Origin: Lama glama
Lineage: Eukaryota
Direction of reading: 5' to 3'
Length of the DNA: 64,000 nt
Assembly (NCBI GenBank): GCA_028534125.1
Contig: CM052818.1
Location: 24,368,001 to 24,432,000, forward strand
Position 1 is the first letter of the stretch; every line of letters begins with the position of its first letter. Made by a program: the position numbers and the translations under genes. Shown in pieces: positions 1 through 12,320 of the stretch. The notes under the pieces were generated by a model. The model saw nothing but the letters and a program-made list of their open reading frames with translations. It was not told where the DNA came from and ran no database searches.

Positions 1-214
1 ATTATGCAATTACAGTAACAAAAGTGACATAAACCGGTTTGGGAAGAAACAGCCTGACCCTTGGTAACTGTGCAATTCCACCATCCAAGCATACCTGGGA
101 ATCATCCTGGGGGCAGGTACTTCACGTGCCGTGGAGAGCCGTAAGTTCATCATCAAGTTCATCGTCAGTTCATCACCAGATAGAGACTGGCTAGGAGAGC
201 TTGCACTGTCAAGT

Positions 215-475
215 CTTGCTGAGTATGTTCGATGTGCTAGGCTCTGTGGAAGTTCATTGGGCTTATCCTGTCTTGATGAATTCACAGTCTAGTGAAGAAG
301 ACAGATGTGTAAATAAGTAATGACAGTATAGTGTTATGTCAAAGAATGTATGAGTATCTGAGACTGGGAAGGAAGGTTGGGCTAACTGTATGGAGACAGG
401 GGGAATGGGGCACAGTAGGGGACATTTGACCTGAATATTGCAAGATGCATTGGATTTTGCTAAACTGAAGAGGGA
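215..475 (-). mobile_element. L2 LINE 3' fragment (ancient)
   Basis: Resembles the reverse complement of the L2 3' end (atgtgctaggctctgtg...ttcacagtctagtgaagaagacag); by-eye match. Confidence 0.55.
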
Positions 476-1694
476 CAAATCTAGCCTACAAATACGGGCT
501 GAGGTTTCACAAATTCATGGCCATGTGGGAAGCGGCCATGAAACTTGTCCCACTGGGGCCTCTCAGATACTAGGCAGCCTGTTATAATCACTGGAAGTGA
601 AGTATAAGAAGAGTGTTATGGAAGGATGGAAAAATGGAAAGGTTAGTTCCAGCCAGCTGTGTGTGTGATGGCTGGAGGATGCAATGGATTGGGAAGGGCC
701 CCCTGGAGGAGGTGACATTTGAGCATTCATCGTGCAATAAACCATTTCAGACAGGGCTGGCATTGTTGTAGAGTACGGCCAACCCCTGATTCTGATGTCT
801 GGGGCAACCACAGAGATTGCTGAAAGGGATATACAATCTAGAGAACTTGGCTTGCCTGCTTGGTGGAAAGTTTTCTCTCTGTAGTTGCGATCTTTTACAC
901 GAAGCACAGAGAATATGGGACCCACAGATTCTGGGTTTCTTCATGCTGGGAAAAACTTCAAACTCAGCCACTGAAAGGTGTGGAAACTCAAATGAGTCAA
1001 AGCTGAGAGAGGAAAAGAATCTGGCATGTCACAGAAAAAGAGACATTTTTATTGCCCTACTTTGGGTCAGATCCGCAGAGTGATTTGTTGAAAAGTAGCA
1101 CAGTCCCGAAGAAGCAGGACACCTGGTAACCCTTATTTTAGTAGAAAGGCCAAATCCGGCCAAAGCCAGAGTAGTCGGTGATTCCTGCTTTCCTGAAGTT
1201 GTGAAAAACCCACTCCGATCCCGGGTGGACCCTCTTTACTCAGGAAATGCCATTAAGTATAATGATTGAAATCCTAAAAACCGTAGCAATAAAATAATTA
1301 AGGCACTGATCACTTGCCAAGAAACACTTTATTTTGCTCTCTTAGGATGAGGAAGCATGCTTCGAGTGCAGCTGGCAGAACCCACTTGTGCAGAAGAATT
1401 AGTGATGATTTCAGTCAAACTTCGACAAATCAAAGAATTATCTAAACATCTGTCTTACAGCCCTTGGTTAAAAAAAAAAGTAGTTTGACACAGATAAGTT
1501 TTTTTTTTCCTTGTGAAACTTCTTTGTGAAGATGATAGAGTGTCTTGAAGAAACTGAGTAAGTCTCACATCCACTGGACATCAAAGCCCATACTTGGCAT
1601 TTCAAGACAATTCTGATGATCATTATTTATTCTTTTTAAAGGGTATTTTGTCACTAGACTATGCAGGCAAGGATCTGACATCTTTGACATATAA

Positions 1695-1860
1695 TTGAGT
1701 CTAATCCTACTGCGTATCAGCATGGCCTGGGGGCCCTTGACCTCTCTAAGCCTCAGCTTAGTTATATGGAAAATGGGTACAAGAATATTCAACCAGCTTA
1801 TCTCTTAGTATTGCTGTTGAGCTGCAACAGCAGAGTGCTTTGGAAACTGCAAAGCACTAA
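1695..1860 (+). mobile_element. MIR SINE fragment
   Basis: MIR core: ttgacctctctaagcctcagcttagttatatggaaaatggg. Confidence 0.75.
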
Positions 1861-2235
1861 TCAAGTTAAAAGTGTTAATATGCAATTTTGCGTGACACTC
1901 ACTGGGGATATTCTGATGCAATTATAGTTTCACGAACTGCTGGTGGGGGGTATCAAGTTACATAAACCGGATTGGAAATGCTTTGTTAATGTGTGCATCA
2001 CCAACAGCATTAGATCTCCTCGGGCTCTTTCTTAATAGCCCCGTATTGGCAAAATATCGGAGTGAGCTCTTCAGCTTTTATAGTGGGTATGTGTTCTACA
2101 TTAAATTCCATCTGAGAACTTGAATAGACTTTTAAAAATTGAATTCAAGCTAACTCCACAAGCTTTAAACTTCTTGATTGTCACAGAAGCAAACTAGGTA
2201 TAGAATGGTTATCTCTGTCTGTGCTGGGATCAAAC

Positions 2236-2322
2236 CTGAATCAGAAATTCTGGAGAGAGGGTCCAGCCATCTGTGTTTTAATAATCCTCCCCCGCCCCTG
2301 CTCTGATTAGAGGAACCACTGA
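2236..2322. mobile_element. MER5A-like hAT-Charlie DNA transposon fragment
   Basis: ctgaatcagaaattctgg...cagccatctgtgttttaataa...gaggaaccactg resembles the MER5A end. Confidence 0.7.
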
Positions 2323-2360
2323 CAGGGGAGTAAATAACAATGAGGAGTTGATAGCTTTTG

Positions 2361-2700
2361 CATTTATTCATTGACTCACTCAAAAAAGTGTAAAAAGGCA
2401 TCTTTTATGAAGCAGATGCCATTCTAGAAAGACGTGGAGGGAGAGCAGTAAAAAAGATGGGCAGAGCACCTGCCTGCATGGAGCGTTTGTTCTGAAAGGA
2501 ACCAGCTAAACATAGAAATGCATGATGTAACGGAAAGTGGTGATAGATGCTCTGACGACAAGGCAGGATAAGGGGAGAGAGCAAGGGAGCCTCAGGGAAG
2601 GCTTCTCCCAGGAGGCGATATTTGAGCTCACCTCAATGAAGTGAGAGGCTATTTTAAAGAGGGCAGCCCATGGGTGGGGCCAGCAGGAGAGTTTAACAGG
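2361..2700 (-). mobile_element. L2a-like fragment
   Basis: Starts with the reverse-complemented L2 tail (catttattcattgactcactc); cctgcctgcatggagcg; gggaaggcttctcccaggagg. Confidence 0.7.
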
Positions 2701-2939
2701 AGATGAATAGGACACCAGGCTGAGTTCTTTCCTACCCTTTGACTTCAGCTTTTCTGCACAAATTTGATTCATTTTTTTCCTCCGCAAATGAGACTCTGCT
2801 CCTTCCGCAGGACGGGGAGGAGCCACTTGTAGATATACAAACACTTGGACTTGGTTCGAACGTAAAGTCCCAAGAAAGGAGTCTCCCTGACACTCCTCTG
2901 CTCCAGACCTCCTCCTGGCTTCCTACCTCATGGGGAGGA

Positions 2940-3439
2940 AAAGCTCCCCCAAACCTAATCTCCTATTGCATCTCAGACCCATTCTCTCCATCACTTACCT
3001 GCCCTCAGCCCCCCAGGCCTCCTTCAGTCTTTCCAGGTCTTCCACTTCAAGGTCTCTGCTCAGACTCAGCCTTGGCAAGTCTTCTTCCTCCCACCTGGAG
3101 CGTTTTTCTTCTAAATATCCTCTTGGCTTGCATTCTTCTCTCCTTGAGGCCATTACTCAAATGTCACGTTCTCCAAGAGGTCTTCCCTAAGACTCTATAG
3201 AGAAAGTTCCACCTCCCTTGTCTTTCTCTGCACTACTTTTCCCCTTTGTGCTTATGCACATCAAATATTCTCTCTTATGGATTTTGATTATTTGGTTTAC
3301 TTTCTATTTCCCTTTCACTGGAATTTAAGCCCTAGGAAGACAGGGACTTCTATCTGTTCTGTTCACGCTTTTATCACCAGCTCCTCAAACAATGCCTGGC
3401 ACAGAGGAAGTGGTTAATGAATGTTTGATGAATGAATAA
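2940..3439 (+). mobile_element. L2a-like 3' end
   Basis: ctcaaatgtcac...aacaatgcctggcacagaggaag...gaatgtttgatgaatgaataa, the canonical L2 terminus. Confidence 0.8.
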
Positions 3440-3961
3440 GTGATGCCAAGGGGTAACAGGTAATGTTCTCTAACCTTGTGAATTGCAGGTGAGTGGAGGG
3501 TGGGGATTATAAGGCAGTGGGAAGGCTTACAGCTGGGTGGGGTAAGAAATGTTTCACTTGGCAGTGAGACTGTCAACACTTGAGGCTTCAGTCTTAGTCT
3601 TCAGCCTTGAGAAAGTGGCTGAAACTTTCTGGGGCTGTACTTTGTTTTCTATAACAGAGACAGAGCAGTAGAAGGAGGACTGTTCAGAGTCACAGGGAGA
3701 GGACTAAACATATCTGTGGACACCTCTAGCTCTTCCTCCGTAATGCAGTGTCTGTAACCCAAAGACCCAAAATGTGGAGCAGAGTATTTCGTTGCCTAAA
3801 TGGAAATTTATTCAAATATACCTAAGGATAAACAATGCGGTGCATGTGTGGGTTGATTCATTTTGCACTGTGTTCCAGGACTCTTACTGTGTGAAGCACC
3901 CGTTGCAGAAATGGTGCTTGAAGCACTTCAGAGGTCTTTATCATGATCCATATGTATTAGT

Positions 3962-4528
3962 TGTATTAGTTTTCTGTTACTGAATGACGAATTACTGGAA
4001 ACAGAGGGGCTGAAAGCCATATGCATTTAAAACTTCACAGTTTCCATGGGCTAGAGGCTCGTGCAGAGTTTAACTGGGCCTTCTGCTCTGGGTCTCACAA
4101 ACCTGCAGTCAAGGTGTTGGTCAAGATGGGGGTCTTATCTGATGCTTGGGTTCCTTGTCAAAGGTCACGTGGTTTTTGACAGAACTCATTTCCTTGCACT
4201 TGTAGGCTTGCTTATTTAAGGCCAGCAGGAGAATCTCTTTCAGTGAAGGCCTGGACTCTTTTCTAAAAGGCTGACCTAATTAGATGAGGCCCACCCAGGA
4301 AAAACTCTCTTTTGATGAACTCAAAGTCAAGTGACTAGGGACTTTAATATACTTGCACGCTCTCTTCACTTTTGCCATGTCATAGAATCTAATCTTGGGA
4401 GTGATCTCTCATCACCTTTGCCATATTCTGTTGGTTAGAAGCAAGTTACATGTACTTCTCATGCTCAAGAGAAGGTGATTATACATGGTCATAGGTCACT
4501 GGGGGTCATCTTAGAATTCTGCCGGTCA
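3962..4528 (-). mobile_element. MLT1 (ERVL-MaLR) solo LTR, MLT1E/F-like
   Basis: Begins tgtattagtt and ends ggggtcatcttagaattctgcc, the reverse complements of the MLT1 termini; ~565 bp. Confidence 0.8.
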
Positions 4529-6339
4529 TGCCGTACTACAGAGTTGGGTAACTCTGAGATGTGAGAGAGAATTTTCCATTTTGGAGACAAGAAGTATTCA
4601 GACTTTGGTTGCCTAGGGAGATTTTATGGACCCCACGGCACCTGCATTAAGGATGTGTAGAACCTGCTAACCCAGCTGCCCAACACCCTTGAAGGAGTTG
4701 TTACTCAGGGCCAGAGCATCATTGGTCTGATGGTAACCACTTCACAGAGGGGCTTTTCTGCCCAACTTGAATGCAGCTGCCTGGTCCTGTTGTTGGGTGG
4801 TTTCACCTGCCTTAGCACGTACGTTTCTTGTAAGGCACATGTCAGAGTGCCAACAGGGTTTACAATGCCTGTTCTTGTGCTTGTTTATAAATAAATGTGG
4901 GAGTTTGAGCAGAGTTTAGTCTAGATTTGCATTCATGGAAAAGACCACTTGATAGTGAAATTGTAGGAGAAGAAACTGTAGCTACTGTCTACCTCTCATC
5001 CCAGGTGACCATGTATATTTACCAAAATACTGAGAAGCAGATTGGCTTAGGTTCTTTCACCTAAGAAATCATTAGGGTGCTTACATTTTGCATTGTCACA
5101 CGTTTGAGGTTGCCAAAAAAGACTAGAAGGCTCAGTTAACAGTTAAATCACAAAATTGTGTACCAATTAATGAAACTTAAAAATAGCATGATACTGATGT
5201 TGGAAAAAAATGTACTCTGGGGAAACTTTTCAGTTGGAAAGTCTGCCTCTTTATTCAGAGTTCTAAATATCTTCCTGAATGAGTCAACCTACAAATGTAA
5301 ACGTCCAGTTCTATAGACTTGCTGAATCTTTCAGTTGCTTCCGTTTCCTGAGGGACTGATCTCAGCTTATCTAAAATCTCGAATACCTTTTAAGAGAATA
5401 ATTGGCTACAGAACTCTTAACTAATTTTGTGTAATTCTGTTTATGGTAATGATCCTGGAGTCACGTGTTATACACAGAAGTTTAACGAGGATGTTGCAGT
5501 ATCTGATACCATGTTGAAACAGAACGTATAAAACTTCTTCTAAAGCGCTCCAATTAAAATATCTCTTTTAAAAATAAGCTGCACTTTGCAAAATGGGTAT
5601 ATTGGAAGTTTGTTCATTAGGAAAATCCCCCCACTCTAGACTCCTAAACTTCCCTAGTTGAGTTGAAAAAGAAACCAAACAGACCAACAGGAAGAGAAAT
5701 ATTACCAATATTTTGAGTCAGTTCTGTCTTTAGTTCATCAAGTCCCTAAGTACTGATATCTGAGTATCTGCTGTTCCATAACTCCCTTAGTCTTTCTTTT
5801 CTGTTTGTTTGTTTGCTGTGTTTTGTAGCTGTTAATTAATTGATTGAGCATTCCTTCGACCTCTGAATTTGTTTAAAATATCAAGTGAGTCTTGTGACCA
5901 CCATCAGCTGCAAACATAGCATCAATTAACTTACCAAAACAGAGCGTTTGGTGATTAATCCGTAATGACAGGGCTGTTCTCCCGAATGATTAAATTCATT
6001 ATCAAACAGCCAGAGGTAGAGTGCTTTCCATGGAAGATTTATTGCTCTGGAATTACCTTTCTCCCTTGTACTGAGGAAGCTGGATCTGGTAAATAAGAAA
6101 GATGAAGATGCAAGGGGTTCCTTTTTAAAGGATGATGACGGTTCTTTTTTAGATGGCTAGTCTATATTTTCAGTGCCTCAACCCCTCAAAATAAAGTATC
6201 TCTTTAAACATTTGTCCTCTTTGGTCATTCACAAAGCAGTTGGGACTGCTTTATTATCACAGCGTGAAGTAGTGGGCATCTACGAGGATCCCGTGTGTGA
6301 GCCAGGCTGGGAAGATGACTGTCCTTGATCTTTGGTACC

Positions 6340-6820
6340 ACATTGTTACACCTTATCACCAGCAAGGCTGGACTTGGGTCATAACTTTCTAAATGGTTTC
6401 TGTGCCCATTCGCCCCTCTACAAGCCTTCTACAAGCCTATTCATAGCCAAAATAATCTCCCTTGCTGTGTTCTGGTCTCCTTTGTGCAGAATTTATACTC
6501 TGTATTCTAAATTATTCCCCCCCACACACACTGCAGAATAGCCTTAAACCTTCTCTGTATCTAAATTCTATTCATTCTTTCATTTCATTCTTTACAGTTT
6601 TCCTATTCACCTAAGCCCCAGGTGGCATTCCTTTCCTCATTCTCTGTATGATTTGCGGCATTTAAAAGAGCTCTTTCTGTAACTTAACATTATTTCTGGA
6701 TGTTTGTTTTGAATCTTTTGTGAACATGCAGGTGCCCCGAGGGTAGAGAAGTCCAGACTTTTACTTCATTGCGCCCTGTTTCACGCTGGGTCAGGCAAGG
6801 AGTGTCTTTGTAAATAGACC
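6340..6820 (+). mobile_element. degraded L2 fragments
   Basis: accttatcacc...ctggac...ctaaatggt and gccccgagggtagagaa resemble L2 3' regions. Confidence 0.45.
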
Positions 6821-7094
6821 AATACCTCTCTCTGAGATTTCTTGGGAAGGTGACATGACTTCAGTTATTCTGTCAAGCTGCCTTCCTGTTCATCTCATGC
6901 ATACTCATTTGAAGATACACGAAGAACACCTGAACCTACTGCTGTATGGGGCACTGTTAAAAGATGTAGAGCACAGATAGCAAAGGATGAGGGGGGTACA
7001 TACACTGAAATCCAATACCCTATGCCGCTTTCCATTGATCCTTACCTTGTTTTATTTGCCTACTGATTTGTTTGTTTTGTAGACAGGAGAAATA

Positions 7095-7290
7095 TGAATG
7101 CTGGGCTCCAGATCTTACCGTGCAACTTGGGTTGTGACTCAAGTTCTCTGAGCGCTCCTCTCCTCGTCTGAAATTTAGACATGTGAATGCCTATGCCAGT
7201 GAGTGGTTGGGCAAGCTAAGTAGCGCAGTGAGTGTAAAACAACTTGCAAAGTGACTAGCTTAAAATAGATGCCCGAGAGATGTCGGTTTT
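7095..7290 (+). mobile_element. MIR SINE
   Basis: ttctctgagcgctcctctcctcgtctgaaa...gtgtaaaacaacttgcaaagtg. Confidence 0.6.
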
Positions 7291-9219
7291 CTCCTCAAAC
7301 TGTAAATCAGTCTTCGAGTCATTTGAGTGGGAAGGAAGGAGAGTGACTATAACTTTATTATTGGTTATTTAGGATATTATTCAAACTGACATTATAGGCT
7401 GTCAGTTTTGAGCATGGGAGATTTAATCACAACTGATTATCTATTTTTGAAGAGTCGCTGCTTTTGTGGTGTTTGACCCAACAACAAGAGGACCGATGGG
7501 TAGAAAGAGAGGATAAATTGTTCAAGGCAGCTTTGTGTATTAGTAAAAGTACAGTCACATGTGCTGACAGAACTTTAATTTTGCAGTTGGCATTCACCCT
7601 TTTTAAAACTCACTCTTAATATTGTAACAGCGCAGGATCTAATAATTACAAGCTTTTTAAAGAGACATGCTTCAGAACAAAAACAGTAATAATAATGTCG
7701 ATGATGGTAATAAACATTTTGGCATTTCTAGTATTCCTTCTTCAGTTTCAGGTTGATGGCAAAGTTTAAGTGTTTTTTTCCCCACATTGGTTGTATACGT
7801 TCCAGTGGAAACCATAAGGCTGATGTTGGTATTTTTTAAGAATTCCTTTTTCTCTTTAGCATCCCTTCAGCTACGTATTCCCTGGACCCCGCTCCTCATA
7901 AACCTCCTGGGATTTCCCTTCCATTCACTAGTAGGTGAGGCAATTTGCAGTCCCTTCCTATGTTGAGATCAAAGCTAGAGATAATGACTTTCCATTGTTA
8001 CGCCAGGGAAATGATCAAAACAACAAAATAGCCTCTGAACAATGGCTTCTTTATTGCAAGGGAGGAAGTATCTTCAGCAAGAGTCCCTCCGACCCAGACT
8101 CTTTCTGGAAGTGTCTTCCCCCCAGAAAGAATGCAGGAAAAACGTGGCCGTTTCCAAGAATATTTGAACACTTCAAAGAAGTATTCTTTCTAACTTAAAG
8201 GCCAAAAGACGTAGAGAAAAAGAAGGAAAGGAAAAAAAAATAAAGAAATGAGAGAGTACTCTTAAAAGTCGGCCACAATAAAAATTAATTTCTCTTGCCC
8301 TCTCTGGGACGGTTAAACCCACAGAGTATGGAATCCAGCTGTCTTTGATGTTTGTCCTAGCAATTTTATCTGCGAAGAAAACACAGCATGATAAACACTG
8401 AGATTTCCCAAAGGGAGGGGAGTTTGTGGCTTCTTAAAATGGAAAGTGTTACATGTACTTGAGTAAACCTGATTAATGAGTCTTGCTTGTAAATTTTGCC
8501 AAGGTCAACAGATCCTGGTGGTAGAACATATACACAAATTATAAAAGACACGGCATCTGAGTTTTTTCCTTCTTCTGTTCCTTTTTTCTTCCCCTTAGGA
8601 GTTCTGTGACCATATATAGCCATGGCATCGGCTTACAGTTTGTAGGATTAAAGTTTTCTGTTTAGATTCAGAGATGAAAGTCTGGACTGAATATGATTAT
8701 TGTAAATATTTTTGGTTGCTGGTAGCAAGCTTTCTAATCCTTCCTGCATTAAGAGGGGCTTATCGTAATTTTCTTCTTTTTAAATTACTCGACTTTTGCA
8801 GCCACCCGTCCCTTGGAAAAGCATTGAATTTGCTCTTAAGAGAATAAACAATACTTATGAATTAAGAAATGGGTAGGACGTTGCATCTCGGTTTTATTCT
8901 ACGAATATAGCCCTGCTTTCGGTTCTCAGTGCCTGCCTGGGAGACCGACTCTGGACCTCGTTCTGTTGTAAAACTGTGTTGTCTGGCTGCAGGGCTGCTG
9001 CTATGGCAACAGAGGAACCAGGGATGTCACATGCTCAGAGTATGCCTGCCAGAGACAGCGTTTCCACAGAACAGGGTCAACTCTGCGTGGAGGCAATTTT
9101 ACACACCCCATCCGAAAGAAATAGAGTTTAACCTTTCGTTCTTTCATGTTCCCTCTTGAAATATATTTGTCTCCATTTGTTCTATCTCTAGAATCAAATA
9201 AAACCTCATACTAATAGAA

Positions 9220-9395
9220 AGAGCTAGGATTTATTGAGCATTTACTATGTGCATGTTCTATGGATTGTGCTTTCCTTTCATGATCTCATTCAGTTCTCAC
9301 AAAAAATCCTAAGAGGTAAAAGACATTATTTTCATTTTGCTTCTAGGAGTTGGGAAACTGAGGCTTGATAAAATTGAAGTCAACTTTTGCCAGAC
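9220..9395 (-). mobile_element. MIR SINE
   Basis: atttattgagcatttactatgtg...gggaaactgaggct. Confidence 0.8.
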
Positions 9396-10934
9396 CCCTA
9401 CCCTGTGTTCAGAGTCATTGAAAACTATACACGACTTCCCCAGTCAGGTCCCTGATAGTGGACAGGACTGTCCTGAGCCTTGGTCCCTTTTCCTCTTGTT
9501 TCTCCTCCCCAGTTCCCTCCCGATTTCTGAAGCTGGGATGGTAATATGAAAGACAGCAATGCAGAAATTTAGCTTGAGAAATTCTCTTCTGCTTTATCAA
9601 AAGCTGATCCCTAGACCAGAAGGAAAATGCAAGTCTATGCTTGAAATCCAAGTTCTTGGGTGACAAACCGGAAATGAAGTAAACTGGGATCATTCCAGAA
9701 GTGGGGCTCGGGCCACGAGCGTCACACTTAGAAATCCCTGAACTTCGGGCACAGGTGTTAAAAAGAGATCCTTCCTGGTTATTGCCCTCCTTAAAACACA
9801 GCTTTCTAAATCTCAAAGGAGCAGGGGCAGGACTGGGGGTCTTAGTTCTCCCAAATCAGAAGATGATGTGTCAGCGGTCCTTACAGCTGTGGAAATCTCG
9901 GGGGTGTTTTCAGATGATTAATAGTGTACTAAATACAAAAGCTACATATGATACACTGAATTTAGAATCGTGAGCTTCTGGTTAAAATTCCTCAACCTCC
10001 CAAGTATCTTAACTACTCTCTCAGTTTCATTGTTTCTAAAGTGGAGATGATAATAGTAATATGGTCTTAATAATTCTGTTCATAATAAAGTTATCATAAT
10101 TTTTAAAAATACAGGGTGATGGTGCTTTGTCAATTCTAAGACACTAAAGTTGGGATTCATTTCTTGAGACACTGAACCAAGAATATAATAGAGGCTTTCT
10201 TTGCTTCCATTGTAATCTATTTATAGGTTTAGTGTACTTCGTAAATTTAACACACTTTGTAATTCATTATTAGGGATAAACACATCTTTTAGCAAGAAGC
10301 TTAAGTCAGACTAATAAGAACATCTAAGAAGTAGAATTGTCACCAGGAGACTGTGTTAAACTTAGGAACAGCTTAGGCTGTTAATTACACAGGAAAAAGC
10401 AAAGTCACTTCAAAAACAACAGGAGGCCAGTGAAGCCTACACACAGAGTTTGAGGTGAAATGAAGGGGAAAAGAGAAAAGAGACATTCCAGAGCAGTTTT
10501 GATAGAAGAAGTTGGTGGGGGGCTGTGCTGGAGGGAAGGTGGGAAATGCAAATTGATTTCCTAGGGATCTGGTGTCCTGTCCTCTGTTTAACTTGTGAAA
10601 AAATGTCTGAGCCCCAGGAACTCACCAGCCTATGCTGTGGTCCAGAAGAAACTCTGAAAAGCGTATCACCCCTGCCTGCCCTTGCAGTGACTCAGGGCCA
10701 AGCACAGAGAGAAGAAATCCCTTTTCTTAATTTTAATATGTATTACATTTCTCTTGAATCTGTTGCCCAGAATTTACATCCAGAATTTATAAATGTGCAG
10801 CTATTGGAATGCCATCTCTCTCCATGACTGTTCTCTAAGACTATCAGCATCACATATGTTGAATGGTTATCTCAACCTCTTTACCTCTTTGTGGTCTTTA
10901 TTTCATAGATCTTTATCCTTCAGAATATAGCACA

Positions 10935-11122
10935 AAGATACTAACTACTACATATAAAGTAGATAAACAATAAAGTCCTACCGTATAGCGCAAGGAACTA
11001 TATTCAACAGCTTATAATAATCAATCATGAAAAAGAATATGAAAAGAAATATATACATGTATAACTGCATCACTATGAAACTAACACAACATTGTAAATC
11101 AACTATACTTCAATAAAAAAAA
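10935..11122 (+). mobile_element. L1 3' UTR fragment with A-tail (cetartiodactyl-type)
   Basis: gtatagcgcaaggaactatattcaa...gaaaaagaatatgaaaagaaat...ttgtaaatcaactatacttcaataaaaaaaa. Confidence 0.85.
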
Positions 11123-12139
11123 GTTCTGTCACAAAGATACGAACTAAAGGGTAAATGTTGATTGCTTTCTTCAGTGTTTCTAACCTGTGTTTTGTCTCCT
11201 TTCTTTGGTATCGCAGCAGTAAAGTAAAATTCCTTCTCATGGTGTTCAGCTCACAAAACATGCTGCCAGGCTTAACCCACAGCTGATTCCCCAGATTGGC
11301 TCCATCCAATGGCTCAACAATTTAACTGGAAAGACATTTATAAAAGCACTAAAGAGAATCCAAATGGACTTGCCAGAATTTTGTTTCTGGCATATTCCAT
11401 GGTGTTGGTGTTGAAACACGTATTGAAATGGCTGACAAGCCACAGACAGAAGGACAGGGCCGTGGGGCTGGCTAACCCATGTCCCAGTAAGCATCACACC
11501 AGCTGAGCTTTGACCGGCGTAGGTGCAACGTCCCAAGACAACGGATGGCTGAAAAACCAGACAAAACTAAAATCAGCATTGCTAAAACAACCTGGTTTTC
11601 CTTAAAGTGGAGACGTTGAAGCTCACACACATTAATAATTAAGAGATGAAGTGCTGATGCTTCTGCTCCCAACGTCATGCTTTATGTCCTCGGCTGATGG
11701 TTGTCATGCAGTTGCTCTGTCCCTGAGCGTCGTGGAGGTTGCAGACACAGTCTCAGCAACCCGTCTTAGAGGATGGCAGTGTGAGGATGGTAAGAACAGT
11801 AATAATAGAAAACATCCTCAATTTTAACAAGAAAGGAAGAGGATTATTCTAGAAATAGCAAATCCCATTTCTTCCCAATAAAATTCAATGTCAGAATGGT
11901 AATATGAATTAGGTTATATTTGTATGACTAGTATATTAAAAATCAAGTAGTATCTGATTAATATTAAATAGATGATAGAAGAAAACAGATCTGAATTTTG
12001 GTTTTGAAAAAGCATTAAGTGCATAATAAGGAAGTGGGAGACCTGGCTTGGCTCCAGTTCCCGTGAACAAGATACGGAAGTTTTTGTTGCCTCCAAGCTC
12101 CGTGTGAGTCAGTGGTGTAATGTATCTGTGAACAAAGCT

Positions 12140-12320
12140 GGTGTAACCCTAGACTGCATCTTAGCAGAAGCAGTGTAACTAAGTCTTTAGATGTCATCGC
12201 CTCCCTGCACTTTGCATTGGGTAGATCACAGCTTGAGTATTCAATTCCATTTGGGACTTGCATGTTTAGATGTCATTGACAGTCTAGATGCATCTAGATG
12301 AGATGGTGAACAATTATGGC
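12140..12320 (+). mobile_element. L3/CR1 LINE fragment
   Basis: ctagactgcat...ctgcactttgcattgggtagatcacagcttgagtat...cattgacagtctag resembles the CR1 ORF2 3' region. Confidence 0.65.

Noticed and set aside
1345..1557. Possible + strand exon (ctcttag|...TGA|gtaagt)
   Set aside because: Contains A/T homopolymer runs and no recognisable coding frame; indistinguishable from a pseudo-exon.
2361..3439. Inverted L2 pair (and the inverted MIR pair at 13350-13720) as hairpin or miRNA precursors
   Set aside because: The copies are too diverged for stable pairing by eye, and I recognised no known mature miRNA sequence.
12283..12298. Perfect 16-bp palindrome tctagatgcatctaga
   Set aside because: About one 8-bp-arm palindrome is expected per 64 kb, and it lies inside a decayed L3.
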